NCBI GenBank assembly: GCA_963834385.1
Contig: CAWIBO010000005.1
Coordinates: 736,001 to 800,000, forward strand
Reading direction: 5' to 3'
DNA: 64,000 nucleotides
Source: an uncultured Verrucomicrobiae bacterium
GTDB taxonomy: Bacteria > Verrucomicrobiota > Verrucomicrobiia > Chthoniobacterales > UBA10450
In this document: positions 14,512 through 24,825 of the stretch, in pieces
How the letters are laid out: the number at the start of each line of letters is the position of its first letter
How positions within the stretch are numbered: the first letter of the stretch is position 1
Notes under the pieces: model-generated
The model's database searches: none
What the model saw: the letters and a program-made list of their open reading frames with translations, nothing else
What the model was told of the DNA's origin: nothing
Position numbers and translations under genes: made by a program

Positions 14512-15210
14512 TCAGACGGAAAACCCGAAGTGGCTCAGGTAAATCCGGAGATCCCAGAAGAGGGTCGCGATCTGGAAGCTGACCACGAAAAGAAGAGCGT
14601 GCGCCAGGGCCGGGCGCGCCTCGAAAAAGCGCCCCGTCGCTCCAGCCCAGGCACGGCGCACCGGACCGGCCGTGAGGAAGACCACGGTGCCAATGCCCAG
14701 CAACGCGCCCGCCAGCAGATCAGTCGGATAATGCACGCCCACGTAAATCCGCGGCAGGGCAATCACGAACACTATATAGAGAAGGAGCCAGTTCCCCACT
14801 TTCCGGTGCGCCAGCCAAATCCCGCACCAGAGCGCAAAAAACAACGAGGCGTGATCGCTCGGGAACGAACTCCAGTGTGACCAGTTCGCCTGGTCGGGCA
14901 ACCCGGTCGGCGGACGAAACTCCAGCCCATCAGCCAAAACCGGTCGCACCCGCAGCGGCAGGGTTTGCGCCAGCACCCGGGCCAGCACCAGCGCCAGGAG
15001 CGATCCCAGCACCCCGGCCAGCAGGGTCATCCGGCGGGCGGCTTCCTCCCGCATCGGCCGCGAAAACCAGAGACCCCAAAACACCGCCATGATGGCCGCT
15101 CCCTTCACCACATCACTGTTTGAGAGCACCACCACGATCCGGTCAAACAGCTCCCACTGTTGCGCTCCCTGATTCAGAAAAGTGATGACCGAGCGGTCGA
15201 ACGGATTCAT
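14512..15210 (-). CDS. PAP2 family phosphatase
   Basis: RVRP, SFPSDHA and RIYVGVHYPTD motifs. Confidence 0.9.
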   Translation of the reverse strand: MNPFDRSVITFLNQGAQQWELFDRIVVVLSNSDVVKGAAIMAVFWGLWFSRPMREEAARRMTLLAGVLGSLLALVLARVLAQTLPLRVRPVLADGLEFRPPTGLPDQANWSHWSSFPSDHASLFFALWCGIWLAHRKVGNWLLLYIVFVIALPRIYVGVHYPTDLLAGALLGIGTVVFLTAGPVRRAWAGATGRFFEARPALAHALLFVVSFQIATLFWDLRIYLSHFGFSV

Positions 15211-15309
15211 CGGCCCTTCCGTTCTACAGGAGCCCGCCCGTTCTTCGCAACTGCTCGTCTCTCTTTCCTTTCATTGTGCCAAAGCGCAATTTCGGCTCTT
15301 CCTTCACCC

Positions 15310-16029
15310 GTGCCCGCTCGCGTTGCCCTCCTCCTTTGCATTTCCCTCCTCGCCGCCTGCGAACGGCCCGAAATCTTTGAGGGACGCGCCACCATCCTCG
15401 CGGTCGATGGCGACGCGGTCCTGCGCCGGGGCGACGCCCGCATTCCGCTGACCACCGCGGTGCAACCGCGCCCCGGCGATCGCATCCGCCTCGCTAAAGG
15501 CGCCACGGCGACCATCTCGCCCCTCCCGGGTCTGCGGCTGACTCTTTCCGATCGGGCCGAAATTCTCTTTGAGGAATTGCGGGTGCAAAAGCGCGGTGAC
15601 GCCACCTCCGGAGCGATGCGCTCGCGGCGGGCCGAGTTCTGGCTCTTTCGCGGAAAAGTCCGGGTCGGCGTGGCCGGATTTCGTGAGGGCGCGGAGACCA
15701 GTCTTCTTCTCCGCATGGACCCGGGCGCGATCGAGGCCGGCCGCGGCGCCATTTTTTCCGTTGAAACCGGCCCTGCCGGGGCGCAGGCCGTTTGTGCCGA
15801 TGGCCGGATCCGCTTCTACAAGCAGGGCCTCGATGAGATGACGGAAATTCCCCAGCGGCGCTGGAAAAGCTGGACGCCCGCCGGGGATACCGTGACCAAT
15901 CTCGCCAGCGTTCGCGGCCACCCGGAACTCGAGGAAGAGCTGGGAGCCAGCCTCGCCGCCGCCCGGGCTGCCTTTAATATGGAACAGGGCCGGCGAGGGC
16001 TGTTGCCGGGTAAACCCTCTTCACCCTGA
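15310..16029 (+). CDS. FecR-like domain lipoprotein
   Basis: Lipobox LAAC; beta-rich pattern GDRIRL..LFRGKV..FSVE..GRI. Confidence 0.55.
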   Translation: MPARVALLLCISLLAACERPEIFEGRATILAVDGDAVLRRGDARIPLTTAVQPRPGDRIRLAKGATATISPLPGLRLTLSDRAEILFEELRVQKRGDATSGAMRSRRAEFWLFRGKVRVGVAGFREGAETSLLLRMDPGAIEAGRGAIFSVETGPAGAQAVCADGRIRFYKQGLDEMTEIPQRRWKSWTPAGDTVTNLASVRGHPELEEELGASLAAARAAFNMEQGRRGLLPGKPSSP

Positions 16030-16100
16030 AGTATTTTATTGCCGAAACGCGTGGAAAAGATACAATCACGCGCTCTAATCAGAAGTTCCAGAATAAGCCT

Positions 16101-16430
16101 ATGACCCTCCGTTCCCTCTCCCGCCTTGCTCTTGCCACCCTCCTCAGTGCGTCGCTTTCCCTCTCGGCGACCGCTCAGACCACCACCAGCGGCGACGACG
16201 CCCGCAAGGTGAAATCGCCCGAAAAGCCGACGCCGACGCCCAAGCCGTCGCCCACGCCCAAACCTTCTCCGACCCCAAAGCCGTCGCCTACCCCGAAACC
16301 GTCTCCGACTCCGACGCCTAATCCGACGCCAAAGCCGACCAAGCCGCCGAAGCCAACTCCGACGCCTAAGCCGTCGCCGACGCCGAAGCCAACGGCTACG
16401 CCTAAACCGACGGCTACGCCTCGGCCCTGA
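16101..16430 (+). CDS. Small secreted protein with (PKPSPT)n repeats
   Basis: Signal peptide followed by about 10 Pro/Thr hexapeptide repeats. Confidence 0.7.
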   Translation: MTLRSLSRLALATLLSASLSLSATAQTTTSGDDARKVKSPEKPTPTPKPSPTPKPSPTPKPSPTPKPSPTPTPNPTPKPTKPPKPTPTPKPSPTPKPTATPKPTATPRP

Positions 16431-16529
16431 GCGGACTTCCAACCTCACCGACCGCAGTTCCGCACTTGGGTATCTTTATGAGGCAGCCAGGCCGCTCCGG
16501 GCTGGTTCGCCCCATGTTCTCACGCCTGT

Positions 16530-17909
16530 TTGTGCTTCTCGGGCTGCTCGCCAGCGCTTCCCTGCTTGCCGGCGGAGGAGATCACGGATTTTGCCGCCCC
16601 GGACCCGGCACCGGCCTACGCCGCGGCTGATCCGGTCACGGAGTATGCCGCCTTGGACGAAGCCCTCCTCCCGGTCGAACCGGCCTACCTCACGGCCCAA
16701 CCGGACGCGGTGGCCGAAGTCGACGCGGAGACCCCATTGCCGGAGAACGACGGGCCACAGGTGATCACCTCCCCGGACCAGGAGGTCTCAGCGCACGTCC
16801 GCCGCTTTCATTACCGGCTTCGTGTCACCGTGCGCGGCGCCTACGACGACAACATCAATCTCTCGAATGTGAATCCAGTCGAGGATTACTACGTCTCGGT
16901 CGAACCGTCGCTGATGCTCGGTTTCGGCGCGATCGAGGGGGGCGGCGATAATTTTCTCAAGGCGGAATACACCCCCATCTTCACCGCCTTCATGGAGAAC
17001 ACACAGTTCAACACTCTCCAGCATACTTTCCAGGCTTCCGGTCAATGGAAACTGAGCCGGCTTACCCTCGGGCTCAGCCAGCAGATTCAATTGCTTGAGG
17101 GACCGGACATCGATCTGCTCAGCAACCTCGAAGGCGTCACCTTTTCCAACGTCAACATCGACGCCGGCGGCCGCCAAAAAACGAACATTTACGGCACCAC
17201 CCTGACCGCCGCTTACGATTTCACCGGCAAAACGTTCGTCAGCAGCACGCTCAACTGGGGCTTGAGCGACCCGGAAGGCCTGATCGGCACCCAGACATTC
17301 AGCGGCGATCTTTTCCTGAACTATCGCTACAGCCAAAAGCTCACCGTCGGCCTCGGCGGTGGCGCCGGCCAGCAGTTCGTCGAGGCGCCCAGCCCCGATT
17401 CCCATTTCGAGGAGGCACGGGTTCGTCTCGGCTACGACGCCACGGGCAAAGTGCAGTTCAACGGGTCGGCCGGTGTCCAGTTCCGGCATTCGGATGGCGA
17501 TAACTCCACCTACACCACGCCCGTTTTTCAGCTCGGCATGAATTACAAGCCGTTTGACGGCACCACGGTCAACATTTCCGGCACCCGGCGCACCACCGCT
17601 TCGGCCGCCCTCGCCGGGCAGGACTTCGCCGCCACGGAGTTTGTCGGCAGCATTCGCCAGCGCTTTCTCGGCCGGTTCCTGCTTGGGCTGACCGGAGGTT
17701 ACAGCAATCTCGCTTATTTCGGCTCGGCCAGCGGGGTCAGCGGCGGTCGCGAGGATAACTACTATTTTATCCAGCCTTCGGTTGATGTTAGACTGACGAA
17801 CTTCTGGTTCGTCGGCCTTTACGCCGTTCACCGCGAGAATGACAGCACCGCCACCCTTTTCAGTTTCGAGGAGAATCAGGCGGGCCTCCGGACCGGTCTT
17901 CAGTTCTAG
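16530..17909 (+). CDS. Polysaccharide-locus outer-membrane beta-barrel protein (start uncertain)
   Basis: YDDNI motif, alternating beta strands and terminal Phe; lies upstream of the export protein. Confidence 0.75.
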   Translation: MCFSGCSPALPCLPAEEITDFAAPDPAPAYAAADPVTEYAALDEALLPVEPAYLTAQPDAVAEVDAETPLPENDGPQVITSPDQEVSAHVRRFHYRLRVTVRGAYDDNINLSNVNPVEDYYVSVEPSLMLGFGAIEGGGDNFLKAEYTPIFTAFMENTQFNTLQHTFQASGQWKLSRLTLGLSQQIQLLEGPDIDLLSNLEGVTFSNVNIDAGGRQKTNIYGTTLTAAYDFTGKTFVSSTLNWGLSDPEGLIGTQTFSGDLFLNYRYSQKLTVGLGGGAGQQFVEAPSPDSHFEEARVRLGYDATGKVQFNGSAGVQFRHSDGDNSTYTTPVFQLGMNYKPFDGTTVNISGTRRTTASAALAGQDFAATEFVGSIRQRFLGRFLLGLTGGYSNLAYFGSASGVSGGREDNYYFIQPSVDVRLTNFWFVGLYAVHRENDSTATLFSFEENQAGLRTGLQF

Positions 17910-17934
17910 GTCCTTCTTTCCCCGGCGTCACCCT

Positions 17935-18647
17935 ATGCTTTGTCGTCTTTTCATGCCCTTGCTCCTTGCGGCCACCTGCGTCACGGCCGGCGCGCAACAA
18001 CCCTCGCCCGGAACCGCCGCCGCTTCACCCGCGGCCACCCCCCTGGTCGATCTCGGCCCACCCCGTGCCGTGCCCGTCGCCCCGCCCCGCACCTCTTCCG
18101 CCACGGCCAACCCGAACGCCATCAGCGCCCCCAGCAGTTACCGTCTCGCGCCCAAGCGACCAGGTCGTCCATCGAGGTTTTCGGCGAGGACGATCTGCGC
18201 ACCAACGCCCGCCTTAATTCCGACGGCGCCCTCAGCCTGCCGCTCCTCGGCGCGGTCAAACTGGCCGGGCTGACCCTGAACGAGGCGGCATCACGCCTGA
18301 CCGAGCTTTACGGTCGCGATTATCTCGTCAGCCCGAAGGTCAACGTCACCCTCGTCGGATACGCCAAACGTCGCTTCACCATCCTTGGCCAGGTCAATCG
18401 CCCCGGCAGCTTCGAGATGCCCGACGGCAGCCCGAATGGCATTGATTTGCTCGAGGCCATCGCCATCGCCGGCGGTTACACCCGTATCGCCGCCCCTGAA
18501 CGGATCAGCGTCCGCCGCAAAAGCGAAGGCGGCGACAAAGTCCTGCGCGTCAACGCCAAGCGCCTCGCCAAAGGCCAGGGCGCCAACGCCGGCGGCTTCC
18601 GCGTCGAACCCGGCGACACCATCACCGTAGGCGAATCGATCTTTTAA
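17935..18647 (+). CDS. wza: Polysaccharide export protein (Wza/Poly_export + SLBB); frameshift near 18153
   Basis: IEVFGEDDL..DGALSLPLLG, ILGQVNRPG, LLEAIAIAGG and PGDTITVGESIF motifs. Confidence 0.85.
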
Positions 18648-18832
18648 AAAGCTGAAAACTGAAAAGCTGAAAAGCTGACATAAGAATGAATCAGGAAAGC
18701 AGGAGGGAAAGAGGATGGAGAGTAGAGGATAGAGAATCGCCGCTCCCCGATAACCAATAACCAATAACCGATCACCGCGCCGTCCCGGCGCTCCCCCTTC
18801 TTCCTTCATAATTCATAATTCTTAATTCAATC
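18648..18832. repeat. Mosaic heptamer/hairpin junction
   Basis: (GCTGAAA)n, AGAGGAT tract, (TAACCAA)n, CCGCGCCGTCCCGGCGC and (TTCATAA/TTCTTAA)n. Confidence 0.9.
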
Positions 18833-18836
18833 AGCA

Positions 18837-21325
18837 ATGCCCCTCCCAGAAACACCGCGCCCCGCCAAAGCCGCACCCCTTACCTACGCCGAACCGCCGC
18901 GCGGCTTTGATTTCCGCCAGCTCTGGCATGCCGTCCTCGAGCGCGCCTGGATCGTCATCCTCTGCACCGCTCGCCGGTCTTTTTCTCGCGCTCGGACATC
19001 TCGCCCGTACCCCGAAGATTTATCAGGGCCACATCACGCTCGAAGTCGATGTCGCGGAGCAAGGCATCAATGCCGCCGATTCCGGCGACACCGCCGGGCG
19101 GGTCCGCTCCATGTTCCTCGCCAGCCAGGAAGCGCTCCGCACCATTGAACAGAATCTCACCAACCGTTCCATGCTCGCCCGGGTCATCCGCTCGGAAGGG
19201 CTCGCCTCGGACGAGGGCCGCGCCCTCCTTGGTCACACCGACAAAAAAGCGCCCACACCGCCGCCCGCCCCCGCAAAACCTGCCGCAGCCTCGGAGCGCG
19301 AGTCGGCCTTTACCCCCATCGAGAACGCGCTCGCCGGCGCTCTTGCCGGCATGGTCAAGCCGGTGGTCCGTCGCGGCACCCGCCTGATCGACGTTTATGT
19401 CACGCACACGGACCCCGCCATGGCCCAGCGCCTGGTCGAGGCGGTCGGCCGCGAATACATCCGCGGCTCGGTGGCCCGCCGCGCTTCCTCCACCCAGGAC
19501 ACCCTCCGTTATCTCCTCGAGGAAGAGGAACGGCTGAAAGCGAATTTGCAGAAGAGCGAGGCGGCCGTGGCCGAATACAAAGCGAAGACGCCTGACGCCC
19601 TCCAGCTCGGCGGCGGCGCCGCCTCCACCGGCAGCCAGCAGGGCGCCGGTTCGGGCTCGGGCGGCAGCCGGGGCGGGTTGGTCGAGGATCGGTTGCAGGA
19701 AATGAGCGGGAAGTTCACCGGGGCCAAAACGGAACGGCTCCGACTCGAGGGCGAGCTCGGGCCAGGTCGAACGCGCCGGGGAAGATGTGGACGCGCTCCT
19801 CGCCATTCCCAGCATCGCCAGCGCGCCTGTGGTCATGGACCGCCGCCGCGAGCTGGCGCAGGTGCAGGCGGCCGTGGCCACGCTTTCCCAGCGCTACAAG
19901 GAACAGCATCCCCGCATGATCGCGGCCAAGGCGGCCCTCGAGGAAGTTCAGGCCGCCCTGAAACGCGCCGTGCTCGAGCAGCCCGCCACGCTCCGCAACG
20001 CCCTCCAGCAGGCTCGCGCCACCGAGGAACAAATGGCCGCCGCCGTCACGGAACAGGAGAAAGCCGCCATCGCCCTCAACCGCGCCGCCATTGGCTACCA
20101 GGAACTGGCCCGGCAGGCCGAGACCGACCGCGCGCTCTACGAAAGCGTCCTGCGCCAGATCAAATCCACCGACCTCAGCAAAGGCGTAAAGAGCAACGCC
20201 GTCAGCGTCGTGCAAAATTCACCCTTGCCCGGCCGCCCGATCAGTCCGCAGCCCATGAAAACGATCATGCTCGGCCTTTTCGGCGGTCTCGCCGCCGGCC
20301 TCGGCGTCATCTACGCCCTGAACATGATCGATCGTTCCCTGAAAACGGTGGACGAAGCGGAATCGAACCTCGGCATGCCGGTGCTCGCCGCCGTTCCGGA
20401 AGTGAAAAATCGCGAAGCGTCCAGCCGTCCGAAGGAGGAGATGGAGGGCGAGATCGGGAGCGCCAGTTACCGGCTCCTTGCGGAAGCGCCGGAAGGCCCT
20501 GCGGCCGAGGCCTTCCGCAACCTGCGCGCCGCGCTTTCCTTGCTCGGGCCCGAGGCCGAACGTCGCGTTTTCCTCTTCACCAGCGCGCTCCCGGCGGAAG
20601 GCAAAAGTTTCACCAGCGCGAATTACGCCCTTTCCCTCGCGCAGCAGGGGCACAAGGTGCTCCTGATCGACGGCGATCTGCGCCGGCCGAGTCTCGACAA
20701 GATTTTTCGCCGGGTGCTTCCCCCTAACGCCCGGCCCACGGATGAGTTCGGGATCGTCGATTACCTGATCGGCAACACCACCCTGCAGGAGGCGATGCAT
20801 CCTGTCTCCGCCTCGCAGGTGGACGTGCTCGGGTCGCGCGAGAACCGGCAGGCCACCGTCACCGCCACGGGCGGCGAACTTTTCCTGCTCGCCGGCGGCC
20901 AGCGCGCCCCCAACCCGGCCGAGCTGCTCAGCGGCCACGTCTTTGCCGAGCTGGTCGCGGCCGCTTCCAAGCTTTTCGACCGCGTGGTCATCGACAGCGC
21001 GCCCGTCCTGGCGGTGAGCGATACCCTGCTCATGACCGCCTACGTCCAGACCGTCTGCATGGTGGTGCGCTCCCGCAAAACCCCGCGCAACGCCGTGCAG
21101 CGCGCCCTCGCCATGATCGCCGGCACCGGCATTCGCCCGGCCGGCGTGATCCTGAACCGGATGCCGCGCCAGCGCGGCGCCGGCTACTATTATTACTACG
21201 CGTCGCCCGGCTACGGCGCCGGCGAAGGCGCCTACAGCGGCGCGGGGTATGAGAGGAAGCCGGCTGGGCGCAGCCCGGCTGCCGGTGGTCAGAAGTCTGA
21301 AGTCGGAAATCGGAATTCAGGCTGA
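18837..21325 (+). CDS. wzc: Polysaccharide co-polymerase/tyrosine autokinase; frameshifts near 18965 and 19760
   Basis: YKEQHP, AEAFRNLR, Walker A TSALPAEGKS, LLIDGDLRRP, VIDSAP and C-terminal YYYYY cluster. Confidence 0.9.
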
Positions 21326-21646
21326 TCGCACAAGCGCAGCCGGCTGCCCGCGAGCTGCGGAAGCTTTAGGTCTTAAGCTTTAAGTTTTAAGTGTGCGCGC
21401 GCGCGCTGCGCGGCATCTTCCCCCGCGGAGGGACGAGCTTCTGCTCGTCCAAGCCTGCAGCAAACTAACCAATAACCAATAACCAATAACCAATAACCAA
21501 TAACCAATAACCGCGCCGCCCCCGCCGCCCATCACCGATCACCGATCACCGATCACCGATCACCGATCACCGATCACTGATCACCGATCACTCGCGCCGT
21601 CCCGGCGCCCCCCGGCCTCCGACCTCCGGCACCCTCCGACCTCCGG
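21288..21646. repeat. Mosaic heptamer/hairpin junction with REP-like half
   Basis: TTTTAAG-like tract, GGACGAGC-TTCT-GCTCGTCC hairpin, (TAACCAA)n, (TCACCGA)n, 17-mer hairpin core and (CCGACCT)n. Confidence 0.9.
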
Positions 21647-21895
21647 CTAGCCTTCATTTTCCTGCACGCGAGATCCATTCCCGATCTGCTGATGCAGGCC
21701 GGTCATGGTGAGGAGCGGTAAAATATCGAAGCTCTCACCCTCGTCCTTTGCGTTGAACACAATGACGTAGCCGGCCTTATTCGGCGGAAGGGCAATATAA
21801 TCCCGGTGGGGAACGGAATACTGAAGCCCGTCTGCCATTTTCAGAACAAAAGGCAGATTACTCTCCACCGCTCTCTCAATCTGACTCCGCGTCAC
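21647..21895 (-). CDS. Small hypothetical cargo protein (82 aa)
   Basis: Lower-GC ORF, PFVLKMADG..YSVPHRDYI, sandwiched between repeat junctions. Confidence 0.7.
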   Translation of the reverse strand: MTRSQIERAVESNLPFVLKMADGLQYSVPHRDYIALPPNKAGYVIVFNAKDEGESFDILPLLTMTGLHQQIGNGSRVQENEG

Positions 21896-21959
21896 AACGC
21901 AAACAATATCAACGGCCGCCCGGTCCTTTCAACTCCATTCACCGCCTGGCGGGAACAGT

Positions 21960-22198
21960 TATCGAAGGTGAGATGTCAGTGATCAGCGGTCAGCGCTCGC
22001 CCTTCCGATCTCCGACTCCATCTTCCGGCTGCTTCGCAGCGCCTTTCAGCTTGTCAGCTTTTCAGCATTTTCCCCTCTCCGCTCCCGGCCTCCGACTTCC
22101 GACTTCCTCCCCCTGATAACCGATAACTGACAACTGATCACCGCGCCGTCCCGGCGCCCTGCCTCTTAACTCTTAATTCTTAATTCTTAATTCTTAAT
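21960..22198. repeat. Mosaic heptamer/hairpin junction
   Basis: (TTTCAGC)n, (CCGACTT)n, (GATAACC)n, 17-mer at 22141 and (TTCTTAA)n. Confidence 0.85.
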
Positions 22199-24128
22199 TT
22201 CCCCCGTTCCCCAACAGATCCCCAAATACACCGCCACATAAAGCTGGATCGAAAAGATCTGTAACGGAAAATCCACCAGCGCGTGCAGCGCCACCCCGCC
22301 CAGCGCCAGGACCACCAGCGGAACCAGCAACCGATGCCGCGGCAACCAGGACGGCGGGGAAGAATTTTCGATTCTCGATTTTCGATTCTCGATTGCTCCC
22401 TTCAGCTTCTCGCGTTCTCCTTCCTCCCATTAACCGATAACCGATAACCGATAACCGGCTGCCCGCAGCCTACCGACAACTGATCACCGATTACCGGCCG
22501 CTCCGCGGCCCTTGTCAGCTTTTCAGCGTTTTCTCCTTCCTCCCCATTAACCGATAACCGATCACCGATAACCGGCTGCCCCGCAGCCTCCACCGATAAC
22601 CGATCACCGATTACCGGCCGCTCCGCGGCCCCTGTCAGCTTTTCAGCGTTTTCTTCTTCTTCTTCCCCACTAACCGATAACCGATCACCGATAACCGGCT
22701 GCCCCGCAGCCTCCACCGATAACCGATCACCGATAACCGGCTGCCTCCGCAGCCATCTCCCATCTCCTATCTTCCCGGCCGCTTCGGCCGCTCGCAGCAG
22801 CCGCCCCCCCAAAGAACAGCGCCGCCCAGAGCGCGCCCCCCAGCCACCCCCATTCCAGCAGCGTTTGCAGATAATCCTGGTGCAGATACCGCCACCCTTC
22901 CCGCAGCTCCGTCCCTTCCCCGCGCGCCACGTGCGGAAAGATGGTGCGGAACGTGCCCGGACCGTACCCCAGCAGCCCGGCCTCCGGCACCCCGCGCAGC
23001 GCCGTCCGCGCCGCCGGCCAGCGCAGGTCCTGAGCACACTTTCCCCGGTGTTTTGCCAGCGCTCGATCGGACGATCCAAACGGCTCGCCTGCCCAATGGC
23101 GTAGATGGCCACGACCAGCAGCAGCACCGTGGCCGCGCCGGTGATCTTCTCCGCGCCCCGCATCAAGCCCGCGCACCCGCGGCAAAGCTGCGACGATCAG
23201 CACCAGCATCAGGAGCAACCCGATCGCCTGCGCGGCCCGCGACGTGTTCGAAACCACCGCGCCGGCCGTGACCAGCGCCGCCGCGATCCAGCCCCCGCGC
23301 ACCAGCGGACTCGCGCGATGATGCAACGCCCGGTAAGCCAGACCAAAGACCACCGGCAGGACGAGGTTCAGGTAGGCGCCCGCGTTGGCGTGATAAAAGT
23401 AGGTCGCAAAGAACTGCGGCGGACCGTAACGCGATTCACCCCAGAAAATCATCTCGGCGCCCGTGCCTTTCTGGAGCAACCCCAGCAGCGCGATGGACGT
23501 GCCGGTCAGGGCCACGCCCGTGAGCAGACGCAGAAACCACTGCGGACGCCGGCAAAGATCAGCCACAAAGAGGAGCACGCCCAGGAGAAGCGTGGCTCGC
23601 GTCATCCAGGCGAGACTTACCGCCTTGTCCGCCGACCCCGGCCAGCCCGGCCAGGCCTGGTCAATCGGCACCCAGAGATCAAACTCCGTGTCATAGATCC
23701 CCTTCCCATTCCAGGCCATCGCCCATCCGAGGAGCAGCAAAGCCCCCACGATCCCCCAAAGGACCCACCGCCCCGTTCCCCTTTTTCCTTTTTCCTTTTT
23801 CCTTTTGCCTTCCGCCCCCCTCCTCTTCTCCGACCTCCGACCTCCGACCACCGATAACCGGCCGCTTCGCGGCCTTCTTCCCAATAACCATTAACCAATA
23901 ACCAATAACCGGCGGCTGCCCCGCAGCCGCCCCCACCCACAGCAACAGCACCGCTGCAAGCATCCATTCGAGGATCCGGCCGCTCTCCAGCGTCGTGGTG
24001 CCGTAAGCCCACGGCGCCCAGACCAGCGCCACCACCAAACCCCACCCGGCCACACCGCCCAGCAGCGTAGAAAACTTCCAGCCCCGCGGCAGCGGCGGCA
24101 GCCATTGAATACGCGGTCGACGCGACAT
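22187..24128 (-). CDS. O-antigen ligase/Wzy_C family membrane protein with two internal repeat insertions and frameshifts
   Basis: [30 protein letters not shown] and [13 protein letters not shown]-terminal [17 protein letters not shown] resumes at ~22369 after the repeat block, stop at 22187. Confidence 0.8.
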
Positions 24129-24183
24129 GCGGCCAACACTAAGCCAGGAAGAACCCCGGAAGGAATCGGAAGTTGGTTACTTG

Positions 24184-24612
24184 TTATTTGTTATCAGTTA
24201 TTGGTTCTCGCGCGAAATTCGTTCCCGTTGCCCCGGCGCGTTTAAGATAAGCCATGTAGCCATTCAAGAGACGGACCGCCGTGCTGACGAGATCGCGACC
24301 CTCTTCGAGCATCTCACTCGAAATCATTTTCTCGTCCTGCGCGGCGATCAGATGATCGAGGACTTCCCAGCATGAGCCGCGCGCGTTGCTGCAGAATTTC
24401 GCGTTATCGAGATGATGAAATCGTCCGTAACCCTCCGCGATATTTGCCGTCGTCGAGCGTGCCGCGCGTAAGATTTGATCCCCCAGACGGTATCGCTCCT
24501 CTTTCGGGAGCGCCGGGATTACGGAGCCGGAAACGAATTTCCGTAACTCACGACACGCCTGCCAGCACTCAAGATCTTCAAAGCTCCGAATGGGGGCACG
24601 TTCACCACTCAC
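24184..24612 (-). CDS. Four-helix-bundle protein (23S rRNA IVP/Avd-like family)
   Basis: SFEDLECWQ, LPKEERYRLGDQILRAARS, ANIAEGYGR and ARGS motifs. Confidence 0.92.
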   Translation of the reverse strand: MSGERAPIRSFEDLECWQACRELRKFVSGSVIPALPKEERYRLGDQILRAARSTTANIAEGYGRFHHLDNAKFCSNARGSCWEVLDHLIAAQDEKMISSEMLEEGRDLVSTAVRLLNGYMAYLKRAGATGTNFAREPITDNK

Positions 24613-24825
24613 CGGCTAACGTTATCAGACCGGTCAATCCTCCCGACCAATAACCCATAACGAGTAACCAATAACGATCTTCCCTCACCGCCTCCCAATA
24701 ACCAATAACCAATAACCAGTTACCATTTCCCCTTCTCATCGAGCAGCCTTTATTGTAATTTCAAGAACCGCTTTTCGCCGCGCCTTGCCGCCTCCAGGCA
24801 GCGGGCGGCGGTCGCCCCGCACTCC

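Noticed and set aside
16220..16427. PKPSPT coding repeat as part of the junction-repeat family
   Set aside because: Third codon positions vary, indicating protein-level selection for a Pro/Thr linker like others in this genome.
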